64,000 nucleotides of DNA from Planctomycetota bacterium (GTDB taxonomy: Bacteria > Planctomycetota > UBA1135 > UBA2386). The position numbers were made by a program, and so were the translations under genes. The DNA lies in the NCBI GenBank assembly GCA_965223545.1, contig OZ245006.1, positions 1,152,001-1,216,000 of the forward strand. The letters run 5' to 3'. Position 1 is the stretch's first letter. The number at the start of each line of letters is the position of its first letter. The notes under the pieces are model-generated. The model did not search any database, was not told the origin of the DNA, and saw only the letters and a list, made by a program, of their open reading frames with translations. Positions 44,101 to 53,234 of this stretch are shown here, piece by piece.

Positions 44101-45006
44101 CACCCGAACCGGGAGCAGCGTGTCGTGCGCCGCGAGCGGGTCGGCACTCGGCTGCACGCGGCGGACACCGACGCCGACGACCACGTCACTCTGACTGCCG
44201 TAGCGCGCCAGCACGGCCGCGTGCGCGGCCAGGCACACGTCCTCGGCGGAACTCTCCGCGTCGCGGGCAAACGCGTCGACTGCCGCGAGCAACTCGCCGG
44301 ACAACGCCAGGCGCGCGCAGCCGCCGCGGTGGGGAAACACCGCGGGCCGCGGCCCCTCGGTGGGCAGCTGCAGTGGAACCGAACCATCCAGGGCGGCGCG
44401 GAAGTGCTCGACGGCCGCGCGCTCGTCGGCCGACTCCGGCGGCTCGCCCGCCACGGGAGCCCCGGTGCCCGCGTTCCCCGCCGCGGTCGCGAGCCACTCC
44501 CGCATGCAGAGCTCGAGCCCGGCGCGGTCGAGCACGACCTGGTGCGCCTGCAGGACCGCGATCGCGCCGCCATCGCCGGCGCGCGTCCACACCGCGGCGC
44601 GCCACGGCCAGGCGCCGTCGGGGGCCACGGGCGTCGCGACGAAGTCGGCAACCACCGCCGCGGGCTCGCCGCCGCTCGACAGGTTCGCCACCGCGAGCGG
44701 CAGGTCCTGCGCCCCGTTCTCGCCTGCGACGATGCGCCGCCAGCCATCCGGCCGGCGCAGCAATCGCGTGCGCAGTGCCTCGTGCCGGCCTGTGAGCCCC
44801 GGCAGCGCGCGGGCGAGGGCCTGCCCCGCGCCGTGGCCCTCGACTTCCACCGCCACCGCGTCCACCAGCGCTCCCGCGGTGTCGCGCAGCGTGTGCAGCA
44901 GCACCAGCCCTTCCTGCCGCGCGGTCAACGCACCGCCGTCGTCGGCAACGGTGGCGAGCGCCACCCCGCGTCCGGCGGCGGCATCGGGCTGGCGGGAGTC
45001 GGTCAT
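41170..45006 (-). CDS. Single-module NRPS (degenerate C - A - T - TE), Gly-type A domain
   Basis: A3 'YTSGSTGVPKG', A5 'NMYGPTE', A7 'YRTGDL', A10 'NGKIDR'; T 'FFALGGHSLL'; TE 'GVSFGG' and 'GDH'; C-domain motif reads 'HQVVLDR'. Confidence 0.9.
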   Translation of the reverse strand: MTDSRQPDAAAGRGVALATVADDGGALTARQEGLVLLHTLRDTAGALVDAVAVEVEGHGAGQALARALPGLTGRHEALRTRLLRRPDGWRRIVAGENGAQDLPLAVANLSSGGEPAAVVADFVATPVAPDGAWPWRAAVWTRAGDGGAIAVLQAHQVVLDRAGLELCMREWLATAAGNAGTGAPVAGEPPESADERAAVEHFRAALDGSVPLQLPTEGPRPAVFPHRGGCARLALSGELLAAVDAFARDAESSAEDVCLAAHAAVLARYGSQSDVVVGVGVRRVQPSADPLAAHDTLLPVRVAVDPDASFAEHCAAVAAAAAAARRHADVAVQALVSALTRGRDASRAPLFQAAFEWSDRAPPDRIGEWQGRWLPVPPGGATVDVALRVRRWHDGGEAELVYAAELFAPAFADRLLQSWSAALAAGVGAASQAVAELPLLAAEDRAFLATYNATTAPTPSWPSVSAWVLDVCERRGDAVALQCGEQRYTYAELARRARGFASFLIERGVGEGQLVGVCLPRTADTVVCVLGVLAAGAAYVPLDPTYPRERLEFTAADAGIGLLLTAGAVVDRLAGVQCERLLLDAEADAIEAAIAGPARALPAVGAEALAYVIYTSGSTGVPKGVTVPHGGVVNFLAAMLREPGLSADDTVLGITTLSFDIHVLELWATLVAGARLVVVPRAVATDGVRLAALIDDVGATVLQATPATFHMLVGADWRAPDCRVLCGGEAMPAELARALLERAAEVWNMYGPTEATVWCSCARIVDAAAPIQLGRPIANLQMHVLDPRRRPVPVGVAGELYIGGAGVCPGYHDRPELTAERFVADPFAGGDAVMYRTGDLARHTAHGLEFHGRVDNQVKLRGFRVELGEIEAALAALSAVSVCAVDVRSLRAGDSRLVAWLVGDGDTAGARAQLAERLPEYMVPQHWLWLPEMPLLPNGKIDRHALTLELGTAETNDAEQHTGVEAMVAQLWCEVLGLASVRRGDDFFALGGHSLLAAELVARINDTCGTRFDLGLVFDAPTLAAQAARIDLGEDVGSTLVVPLAGDEGQAPVFCVCGINLYRGLAGELADRHAVYGVLLPIETELLAQPGVVPSVVEMARGYADAVRQKQPNGPYRLVGVSFGGVLAYEVARQLRARGERVHIVAILDVLLETGRRSAARRLLRGLRAAWNGVAQRWRRRSATAVDLRARMENLRQLRAEVYDAAWERYDMQPYDGDVVVFRATDELVNYGADVPPDGGWRAWVRGELACHDVPGDHLGILEAPQVEVLARHLRAHL

Positions 45007-45343
45007 GAAGCGGAGCTGGGCACGGACACGGGATGAGCGCGCCGGGCGCACGGGCGAATCGACGATGCCAGCGGCAGGGTGGTCCGGGCTCCCTCGGCCG
45101 CAGGCCGTCGCTTTCTACTTCGACGCCCACCCCCGCATCAACTGGAGTCCAAAGCCGCGGGGGGTTCTCGAAAGTGATTCGCCCGCGTAACAACTAGGGC
45201 GGACGGGCGGCACGGCCGCTGCCATGGCGGCCGCGGCACGCTTGGTGCACCGCGCCGGGGTGGCTTAGAATCCCCGCGCCGAACCCCTCTCGGCGGCCAA
45301 GAGGCGCGGCGTGTCGAGCACGCCCGCGAGTCACAGCGACATC

Positions 45344-48300
45344 ATGCAGTATCACTCCGTCTTCGTCGTCTTCCTCGCACTGGCGTCGTGTGGCGCGCCC
45401 CCCGTCGCCGATGCGCCGACCGACCGTGGCGCGCGCCTCGCCCAAGCCGAAGAGCTGCTCACCGGTCAGCAGCCGCACGAGGCCCTGCGCATCACCGATG
45501 CGCTGCTCGCCGAAGACGGCGACGACCGCGCCGCGCTGCTGCTGGCGATGCGTGGCAACACCGCGTTGTTCGATGCCGGGGCCTCGGGCCAGGAGTTCTT
45601 CTTGGCGGACGCGATCTCGCTCGGCGAGCGCGCGCTGCACCTCGACAAGAACGACGGCGAGCTGTGGCTCGAGGTCGCGCGGCTCCACCTCGCGAACTCG
45701 GACTTCGACGCCGGGCGCATGGCGGCGCTGCAGGCGGCGGAGGTCTTCAAGGCGGACCGACGCCCGACGGACGTCGCCCGCGCGGTGCTGGCGGCGGCGG
45801 ACAACGAGATGCAGGTGTTCGTCGACGCCCGCCGCGCGGAGAACGGCGCCGCGCCGGACAGCTCGACGGTCGCGCTGGGGAACGCGGTGCTGCAGCGCGT
45901 CGAGTTCGCCAAGGCGCACGCCCCGGCCGAAGCGCACGCCAAGGCCTCGATGGTCTACCAGTGGCTCGGCGAGATGCCCGCCGCGCTGCACCAGCTCGAG
46001 CTCGGCGTCGAGGCGGCGCCCGATGAGGCGCAGGCGCACGAGGCGCTGCAGAACCTCTACTTCGGCATGGGCCGACAGCTGGAGTGCGCGGCCCACTACA
46101 AGCGCATGGCGGCCGAGCGCCCCGACCACACGCTGACGTTGTGGTACCTCGGCCGCGCGCAGGTCGCGCTCGCCGACCAACACCGGCGCGACGGCGACCT
46201 CGACACCGCCAATCAGGGCTACGAACGCGCCGCCAACACGTACGGACGCTACCGCGCGATGATGCCGCAGCACGCCGAGGTCGCCGATTGGTGGATCGCT
46301 GCGTGCAAGCTGGCCCGCGGCCGCGTCGCCATCGACCTCGGCGATCTCGACACCGCCCAGCAGGAGTTCGCGGCGGCCTACGAGGCCAACCCCAAGGTCG
46401 CCGACTACGACGACAACGGCATGCCCGCGATCTACGACAGCTTTGGCGGCAACTACGTCGGCGGGCTGTTCATGGTCGGCCAGACGATGGCCCAGGCGAG
46501 CACGACCGAATCGCTGGAGCGCACCCTGGCGTTCTACGACGCGCTCAACGCAAAGCACGAGGGTCGCTTCGGCACGTTCTACAACAACGCCGCCCTGGCG
46601 GCCCGCGACCTCGGCGTCGCCGTCGCGCGCAGCGCGAATGCCGACGGTGTCTCCCCATCGGAACGCGAGGCACTGCAGAACCGCGCCATGGAGCTGTGGG
46701 AGCGCAGCTACCTGATGTACGAGAAGGCGGTCGAGCTCGAGCCGGACGATCCGCGCATCGTCAACGACTGCGGCTTGATGCTCATCTACCACCTGCACCG
46801 CGACTACGACCGCGCGCGTGCGCTGTTCGACCGCGCCGCGGAGATCGGCGAAGCCGAGCTGGACGCGCTGCCCGACGACGCCGACGAGCAGACCCGCCGC
46901 TTCCTCGAAGAGGCCACCGGCGACGCCTACCAGAACATCGCCGTGCTGCTGCGGCAGCAGGAGCGGCCGTTCGAGGAGTACCGCGACATGCTCGAGCGCG
47001 CGGTCGAGCTGTACCCGTACCAGATGCGCGAGGCGGCGCAGATCCTGCGCGCCGAGCGCGGCGGCGACGGCGGCCCCGGCGGCGACGGCAGCATCGTGCG
47101 ACAGGATCCCGCCCCGGGCCCCGGCCAGGACCCGGTCGATCCACGCGCCGCGGAGCTGGCACCGGTCGAGCGCGAGGCCCGCAAGAAGGCCGACGCCGGC
47201 GACTTCGACGGCGCGCTGCTGGTGCTGGACAAGCACGCCGGCAAGTTCAAGGACTCGTGGCGCTACCACTACCTGGCCGGGCTCTGGGCCAGGAGCTACG
47301 CCCAACAGTCGGCCGCCGCCAACCGCGGCGCGGGCCTGATCGACGGCCTGTTCGCCGACGCGCAGAGCAACCTGCAGAAGGCGGTCGATCTCGACTCCGA
47401 TGCGGTGTCGGCGCGACTCGAGCTCGCCGGGGTGATGCTCGACCGCGGCGAGTTCGCCAATGCGGCCGAGGTCGCCGACCGCACGCTGAGCCACATCCGC
47501 TCCGCCGGCATCACCGACGCCGCGACGCTGACCGCGGCCCACGCGGTCGCCGCCGACGCCTCGACGCGCGTCTTCGTCGCCGCCAAGTCGGCCGGCAACG
47601 GCGACAGCGACGCCCTGCTGCGCGCGCGGGGTTCGTTCCGCGAGTTGGAACGGCAGGAGGCCCTCGACGCGCAGCAGCTCAAGACCTGGGCCAGTCTGGA
47701 GCAGTGGGCCCAGGCCGGCAGCCAGGCGGTCGCCGTCTGGGCACGGGCGCTGCAAACCGAGCCCGACTCCGACGAGCTGCTCGCCGGCCTGGTCGACACC
47801 GCCGCCAACGCCAGCGCCAACGGCGCTGCGGTCGAGGCGCTGGCCGAGCGCGACGACGCCCTCGGGCAGTGGTACCTCGGCAAGGCGCGCTTCCAGCTCG
47901 CCCGCGAGCAATGGGCGAAGAGCGAGATCGACGCGGCGGCCGAGACCTTCGACGCCGCCGTGCAGGCCTTCTCCGCCTCGAAAGAGAAGAACCCGGGCTA
48001 CGCCGCTTCGTCCGATCAGTGGATCGCCTACTGCGCCGGCACCAAGGGGCTCGCGCTGCTCGGCGCCAAGCGCTTCGAGGACGCCGAGAAGGTCCTGTTG
48101 GAGGCGGCCGCCAACGCCCCCGCGCAGGCCAACGACGACCTCGGCAACGGTGTCAGCATCAAGCAGGGACTGCAGCTGGTCGCCGACCACTACTTCCGCG
48201 ACAACGACCTCGAACGCACCGAGTCGGTGTTCCGCGCCGCCAGCGAGGCCCTGCCGCAGGACGGCGACCTGGCCAACAACCACGGCTTGATGGCGCGCGA

Positions 48301-48841
48301 CTTCGGCGTGAGCCTGGAACGCGCGGGCGAAGCCGAGCGCGCCCAAGAGATGTACGAGGCCAGCTACCGCAGCTACACGCGCGCCTCGCAGCTCGAGCCG
48401 ACCAGCGTGCGCCTGATGAACGACCGCGCACTGTTGTTGATCTACCACCTCAAGAACGACTGGCCGCTCGCCCTCGAGCTGATCGAGCGCGGCATCGAGA
48501 TGGGCGAAGAGCAGCTCGCGGCGACGGCGCCGGGGGAAGAGCGCCAACCGCTCGAAGAGGCAGTCGGCGACCTGTACCAGAACCGCGGCACCTACCTCGA
48601 GCTGCACAAGGAAGACTTCGAAGCCGCGATCGCGGAGTACGAGAAGAGCCTGACCTACTACCCGTTCGAGCGCCGTGCCGGCCGCGGCTTCGCGGCGCGG
48701 GCCAAGCGCAAGCTCGACGAACGCCGCGCGGCCGAGGCGGCCGAGGGGGGTGACGCTGGCAGTGGAGGTGACGCGGGCGGCGGCGGCGAAGCCGGCGGCG
48801 GGACGACCGGCGGCGGCGGCAACACCGGCGGCGAGCGGTGA
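45344..48841 (+). CDS. Large TPR-repeat lipoprotein with an internally duplicated module
   Basis: Lipobox 'LALASC'; many TPR-like helices; two copies of 'NN..L.ARD.GV...ND...LIYHL...LEEA.GD.YQN'. Confidence 0.8.
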   Translation: MQYHSVFVVFLALASCGAPPVADAPTDRGARLAQAEELLTGQQPHEALRITDALLAEDGDDRAALLLAMRGNTALFDAGASGQEFFLADAISLGERALHLDKNDGELWLEVARLHLANSDFDAGRMAALQAAEVFKADRRPTDVARAVLAAADNEMQVFVDARRAENGAAPDSSTVALGNAVLQRVEFAKAHAPAEAHAKASMVYQWLGEMPAALHQLELGVEAAPDEAQAHEALQNLYFGMGRQLECAAHYKRMAAERPDHTLTLWYLGRAQVALADQHRRDGDLDTANQGYERAANTYGRYRAMMPQHAEVADWWIAACKLARGRVAIDLGDLDTAQQEFAAAYEANPKVADYDDNGMPAIYDSFGGNYVGGLFMVGQTMAQASTTESLERTLAFYDALNAKHEGRFGTFYNNAALAARDLGVAVARSANADGVSPSEREALQNRAMELWERSYLMYEKAVELEPDDPRIVNDCGLMLIYHLHRDYDRARALFDRAAEIGEAELDALPDDADEQTRRFLEEATGDAYQNIAVLLRQQERPFEEYRDMLERAVELYPYQMREAAQILRAERGGDGGPGGDGSIVRQDPAPGPGQDPVDPRAAELAPVEREARKKADAGDFDGALLVLDKHAGKFKDSWRYHYLAGLWARSYAQQSAAANRGAGLIDGLFADAQSNLQKAVDLDSDAVSARLELAGVMLDRGEFANAAEVADRTLSHIRSAGITDAATLTAAHAVAADASTRVFVAAKSAGNGDSDALLRARGSFRELERQEALDAQQLKTWASLEQWAQAGSQAVAVWARALQTEPDSDELLAGLVDTAANASANGAAVEALAERDDALGQWYLGKARFQLAREQWAKSEIDAAAETFDAAVQAFSASKEKNPGYAASSDQWIAYCAGTKGLALLGAKRFEDAEKVLLEAAANAPAQANDDLGNGVSIKQGLQLVADHYFRDNDLERTESVFRAASEALPQDGDLANNHGLMARDFGVSLERAGEAERAQEMYEASYRSYTRASQLEPTSVRLMNDRALLLIYHLKNDWPLALELIERGIEMGEEQLAATAPGEERQPLEEAVGDLYQNRGTYLELHKEDFEAAIAEYEKSLTYYPFERRAGRGFAARAKRKLDERRAAEAAEGGDAGSGGDAGGGGEAGGGTTGGGGNTGGER

Positions 48842-50409
48842 TCCGGGTCGCCGCGCTGACCGCGGTGCTGCTGGCTCCGCTCGCCGCGCAGTCCGATCCC
48901 GCCGAGGCGGCGCGGCTCTTGACGCGCGCCGAGGCCCTCGAGGCGCAGGGCGCCACCGAGGACGCGTGCGCCGTCTACGCCTCGCTGGCCGAGCAACAGC
49001 CGGACGAGGTCCGCTGGGTGCTGGCGCAGGCGCGGCTGCACCGCGCTGCCGGCCGCCTGGGCCGCGCCATCCACTGTCTGCAGAGCGCGACGGCGCGCTT
49101 TGCCGAGGACGCCGAGCTCAACGCCCAGCTGGCGACCACGCTGCACCTGCGGGCCGAGGCGATGCTGGCGACCGGCGTGCGCGACGACAACGTGCGGTTT
49201 CACTACGAGCGCGCGGCCGCGGTCGCCGAGCGCACGCTCACCGCGCATCCGGAGCGCCGCGATTTGCTCTTGCTGGTGGCGCACAGCCGCTTTCAGCTGG
49301 GCGATGTCGCGGCCGCGGGCACCGCGGCGGAGCAGGCGATCGAGCGCTTTCCCGACCACCCCGGCGGCTTCATCATCCGCGGCCAGCTGGCCCTGCACGA
49401 CTACACGACGCTGCGGGGAGAGCTCGCCGAGAGCGCCGATGGCGACCCCGGCGATCTCGAGGAGCGCGCCGCCGCGGCGCACGCGCGCGCGGTTGCCGCG
49501 TTCGCTGAGGCGGCCCGCCTCGATCCGGCGCGCGCGCTCCCGCACAGCCAGCTCGGCAACCTCGCCGCCTGGCAGCAGCAGACCGAGCGCGCGCTGCAGC
49601 ACTACCTCGACGCCCTGACGCGCGACCCCGGCGTCGCGCTCGACCACCGCTGGTTGGCGCGGACGGTGAGTGCCGCGCGGCGGCAAGAGTGGTACGCCGA
49701 GGCCGCGCGCCTCTACCGCGCACGCGACGATGCCGACCCGCGCGCCGCCGCGCACTTGGACTGGTGGCGGGGCTTGGCCGCGCTCGAAGCCGGCGAGCAC
49801 ACCGCCGCCTACGCCGCGCTGACCGGCGCCGCCGACGCCAACCCGGCACTGCAGTCGGGCCGCGCCTACGCCATGCTCGCCGCCTTCCACAACCAAGACC
49901 ACGACAGCGCCGAGCTACAAGCCGCCAGCTACGCGGCGCGCGATCCGCAGCGCTTCGCCGATCTCGTGCGCGACGACGGGCTGCACGACGACCTGTTGGC
50001 GGTGATCGAGTTCTTGGCACACCGCGCCTACCGCGACCAGCGCATCGACCGCAGCCGCGACCTCAACCACGTCGTCGCCATGGTGCGGGCGACTGCCGAG
50101 CACTGGAACAACTACGCGTTCTTGTGCCGCGAGACCGAGCGCTTCGAGGACAGCATCAACGCCTACCGCAACGCGCTCACCGTCGACCCCGACTCGCCGC
50201 AGCTGCTCAACGACGCCGGCGTCGTGCTGCACTACCACCTGCCGAACCCCGACAACCTCAAACGCGCGCGGCGCTACTACTACGAGGCGATCGAAGCCGC
50301 CGAGAAGGTCCTCGCCGACGGCACCTCCACGCCCGAGGCGATCGCGCTGGCAGAGAAGGCGATGACCGACGCCAAGCACAACCTCGCGGAGCTGGAAAAG
50401 GCGCGGTGA
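48838..50409 (+). CDS. Exported TPR-repeat protein
   Basis: Signal peptide; TPRs; 'WNNYAFLCRE...NDAGVVLHYHL'; GTGA-coupled to the previous gene. Confidence 0.8.
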   Translation: MIRVAALTAVLLAPLAAQSDPAEAARLLTRAEALEAQGATEDACAVYASLAEQQPDEVRWVLAQARLHRAAGRLGRAIHCLQSATARFAEDAELNAQLATTLHLRAEAMLATGVRDDNVRFHYERAAAVAERTLTAHPERRDLLLLVAHSRFQLGDVAAAGTAAEQAIERFPDHPGGFIIRGQLALHDYTTLRGELAESADGDPGDLEERAAAAHARAVAAFAEAARLDPARALPHSQLGNLAAWQQQTERALQHYLDALTRDPGVALDHRWLARTVSAARRQEWYAEAARLYRARDDADPRAAAHLDWWRGLAALEAGEHTAAYAALTGAADANPALQSGRAYAMLAAFHNQDHDSAELQAASYAARDPQRFADLVRDDGLHDDLLAVIEFLAHRAYRDQRIDRSRDLNHVVAMVRATAEHWNNYAFLCRETERFEDSINAYRNALTVDPDSPQLLNDAGVVLHYHLPNPDNLKRARRYYYEAIEAAEKVLADGTSTPEAIALAEKAMTDAKHNLAELEKAR

Positions 50410-50524
50410 CCCGCGGGGCGCGCGGGCTGGAGATCGGTTCGTCGCGCATTTGGCGCTGACGCACAGACTCGATCGCGGCTGGCCCGACCGACAGCCAGCA
50501 CCGCCCGAGCCCGCCAGGTCCCAT

Positions 50525-52492
50525 TCACAGATTGGGAAACTCGATCAGGCCATCCTCCGGAGCGATCGAGGCGCGCGCCAACTCTCTTGTCGAGTCCGCC
50601 AACGCAATCCAGGTCACTTCATTCGGGACCCAAACGCGCTCCTCAGCCCCCACCGCCATCGCTCGCAATCTCACACTGCGACCACCCGAACCCAACAGCA
50701 AGTCCACGATTCCAGTCTTGCCTGCTGACCGAACCGTCACCCAGCGGCCGCCCAACGAAGAAGTCACGTGATCGCGGGACGACGAAGGCGAGACGACGAC
50801 GTGTCCGCGGAACCACTTCTGGCCCGCGCAGGACTCCCAGATCTCGATCTCGGACGCTCGCCCCTTGACCGCGAGTACCCGCAATCTCCCATCAGCATCA
50901 GCTTCAATCGCTGCAGAGAAGCCGATGCGTCGCCAGTGCGTGCTTCTCGCCCTGACTTCCCCACCGAGCTGTGCAGCAACCCGAATGGTCACGAGTGACA
51001 CACTGGGCCCCACGTCGCCTCGTGGCGGCGTGGTTGATTCCCAACGTGAGATCGGAACAGACGAAACAACCAGAGATTTGCCCCATACCTCGACCTCGCT
51101 GGGTAGCGAACCAGCTTCGTGCGGGGTGAGCCGCACGTCGGCCTCGCCGTTTCTGACGAGCTTTCCGGCTACGAAGATCTGAGACTCACCCAAGAACTCC
51201 TGCCCCAGCCGAAGGCCCGCCACGATCGCGGTGACTGGTGCCTGACCGGAGACCTCTAGTCGACAGTGATTCTCTCCAGGCTGCACGCGAACTCGATCGA
51301 GCAGGACCGGCTTCGCGGTCGGCAATGCCTTCCACCAAGCCGAATAGACCCCCGGGACGAGGTGCCGGAAGCGGATTCGCTGCGCTACAGGTCGCCGTTT
51401 CACCAACAGCCTCGCACCAATGGCTCGGATCAAGGTCTCTGACAGCGGTTGAGAGGCCTGCTCGGGCCCCGTCAGCACGATCTCGCCGGCGCCGTTCAAC
51501 GAAGCACCGCTCACCCGAGCATCGAGGGTGAGCCATGGGCGGCTCGGGCGCACCCGCGCGACGGCGGCCCCAGAAAGCTCCTTCTGCGTCACCGTGACCC
51601 ACCCGGAGACGTTGGCGAGGACCAGCCCTCCCCGACCGAGATCACTCGACCGAACGAACACAAAGGAGCGGTTGGCCAGGAATGGCCCCGCCTGCTCGCT
51701 GTATCCAGCGAGCGGACCATTGGGTTCAGAGACGCCGACCATGCTGACGCCGGGTTCGAGCTGCGTGACGAACCGTTGCGATCGAAGAACCTCGAAAGCT
51801 CGAGCGCCCGAATCGGCATCCACGACGGCAAACGACTCACCGTATCGGTTACCAACCGTGATCGACAGGATGGTGCCCACGTCTGCGCGAAAGCGCAGTA
51901 GTCCGTCGCGATCTGCCCTGGCAACGCGTGCGGGTGTTTGATCGGGAGAGCCTCGTCGCAGGCTCGTCACCTGGTACAGCAAGGCACCAGCGTCACTCCG
52001 CGCCAACCCCGATACGACCGGCAAGACAAACTCAACGAGTGGGACCTGCGCGCAGTCGATCCGTACGAGATTCGTTCCGGCCTCGACAATCAGTTTCCGG
52101 TGCAGCGCCAACGTATACGGTTCGTCAATGCCGATCACGACCTGCGCGCCCACCCTCGCCGGCCCCCTAAATACTCCACTTGGAGATCCCGTGCGCTGCC
52201 AGAGGCGTCCGCGGCCCACCTCGTGGCAAGTCACGCTCAGCTCGGAATCCGCGGTCGCTCCCGAAACAGTGACCTGGACTTCGGCTTCGTCCCCCGGTGG
52301 CAACGCCTCGACGTTGCCCCGTCCCGGCGTAACCAGAATCTCACCCTGGCCGCCGTGGTGGAGACCACCGTTTCCACCGACGGTAGGGATGGCCACAGTC
52401 CCCCGGAAGACAACGAATGCGCACGCCACCAAGGCCATGGCAATCGCGCCACACCCTGCCGTTGCCGTCCACGATCGCCGGATGGACATCAC
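50525..52492 (-). CDS. Hypothetical beta-rich exported/anchored protein, atypical codon usage
   Basis: 655-aa ORF with an N-terminal hydrophobic helix; 'FRHLVPGVY' resembles carboxypeptidase-regulatory-like repeats. Confidence 0.55.
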   Translation of the reverse strand: MMSIRRSWTATAGCGAIAMALVACAFVVFRGTVAIPTVGGNGGLHHGGQGEILVTPGRGNVEALPPGDEAEVQVTVSGATADSELSVTCHEVGRGRLWQRTGSPSGVFRGPARVGAQVVIGIDEPYTLALHRKLIVEAGTNLVRIDCAQVPLVEFVLPVVSGLARSDAGALLYQVTSLRRGSPDQTPARVARADRDGLLRFRADVGTILSITVGNRYGESFAVVDADSGARAFEVLRSQRFVTQLEPGVSMVGVSEPNGPLAGYSEQAGPFLANRSFVFVRSSDLGRGGLVLANVSGWVTVTQKELSGAAVARVRPSRPWLTLDARVSGASLNGAGEIVLTGPEQASQPLSETLIRAIGARLLVKRRPVAQRIRFRHLVPGVYSAWWKALPTAKPVLLDRVRVQPGENHCRLEVSGQAPVTAIVAGLRLGQEFLGESQIFVAGKLVRNGEADVRLTPHEAGSLPSEVEVWGKSLVVSSVPISRWESTTPPRGDVGPSVSLVTIRVAAQLGGEVRARSTHWRRIGFSAAIEADADGRLRVLAVKGRASEIEIWESCAGQKWFRGHVVVSPSSSRDHVTSSLGGRWVTVRSAGKTGIVDLLLGSGGRSVRLRAMAVGAEERVWVPNEVTWIALADSTRELARASIAPEDGLIEFPNL

Positions 52493-52696
52493 TTTCTTGC
52501 CGCCAGAGCCATCGATCGCCGACGGCCCTCATGCTCTCGCGGCCACGACACGGTTCCAGGATACCGACATCGCTCCTACAGAAAACGACGCGACCCAGAT
52601 GCGGGCGCGGACAGGAGCGCGCGGCCGCCGACCCCATGGGTGCTTGCCAAGCGCCGGAAAGAACGAGACGATGAACGACGAAGAGCGTCAGAGATC

Positions 52697-53182
52697 GTGG
52701 TCACTTTGCAGCGAGAGCGCCGGGCAGGAAGCGGCGGTACCCCCTGCGCCCTCGGGGCCGTCATCCTCATTCAGGCGGCGCTCGGCACGGAAGCCCTGTT
52801 GGAAGTGGTGGAGCGGACGGCAGAGGGAGGAGCCCTCATCGGCCTGAGCCTGGCCCGGTTGCCCATCGCGGTGGGGCTACTGCTGCGCATCCGGGCTTGT
52901 TGGCACGTGGCTCGGATCTTCTTGCCGATCGAAGCGGCCTTTCTCGGCGCGTTCGGCATCGTGCTTCTCTTCTCCAGCCGGCCGCCCACCCTGGACCTGG
53001 CGTTCGTCGAGCCCCACGCCATCGACCCGGCTTGGGCTGCTCTGCTCGCGTTCGCACTGGCCGCCCTCTCGGGTTGGCAGGCGCTCGCCCTTCGACGCTC
53101 GGAAGTGCAAGCGCTGTTCGTCGCTGATCGACCAGTGAGCCGGGCGGGGGGCGTGACGGCACACCCCGCCAATCGCCGCTAA
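52697..53182 (+). CDS. Hypothetical membrane protein (about 4 TM)
   Basis: Hydrophobic 3' part of ORF 51938..53182; the GTG 52697 start is a guess. Confidence 0.45.
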   Translation: MVTLQRERRAGSGGTPCALGAVILIQAALGTEALLEVVERTAEGGALIGLSLARLPIAVGLLLRIRACWHVARIFLPIEAAFLGAFGIVLLFSSRPPTLDLAFVEPHAIDPAWAALLAFALAALSGWQALALRRSEVQALFVADRPVSRAGGVTAHPANRR

Positions 53183-53234
53183 CACGCGAGCTCGACGAAA
53201 GGTCGGAGCAAGAGCCCACGCGGCACTCCCGACC

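Noticed and set aside
45194..48607. 1137-aa minus-strand ORF
   Set aside because: Antisense shadow of the TPR lipoprotein.
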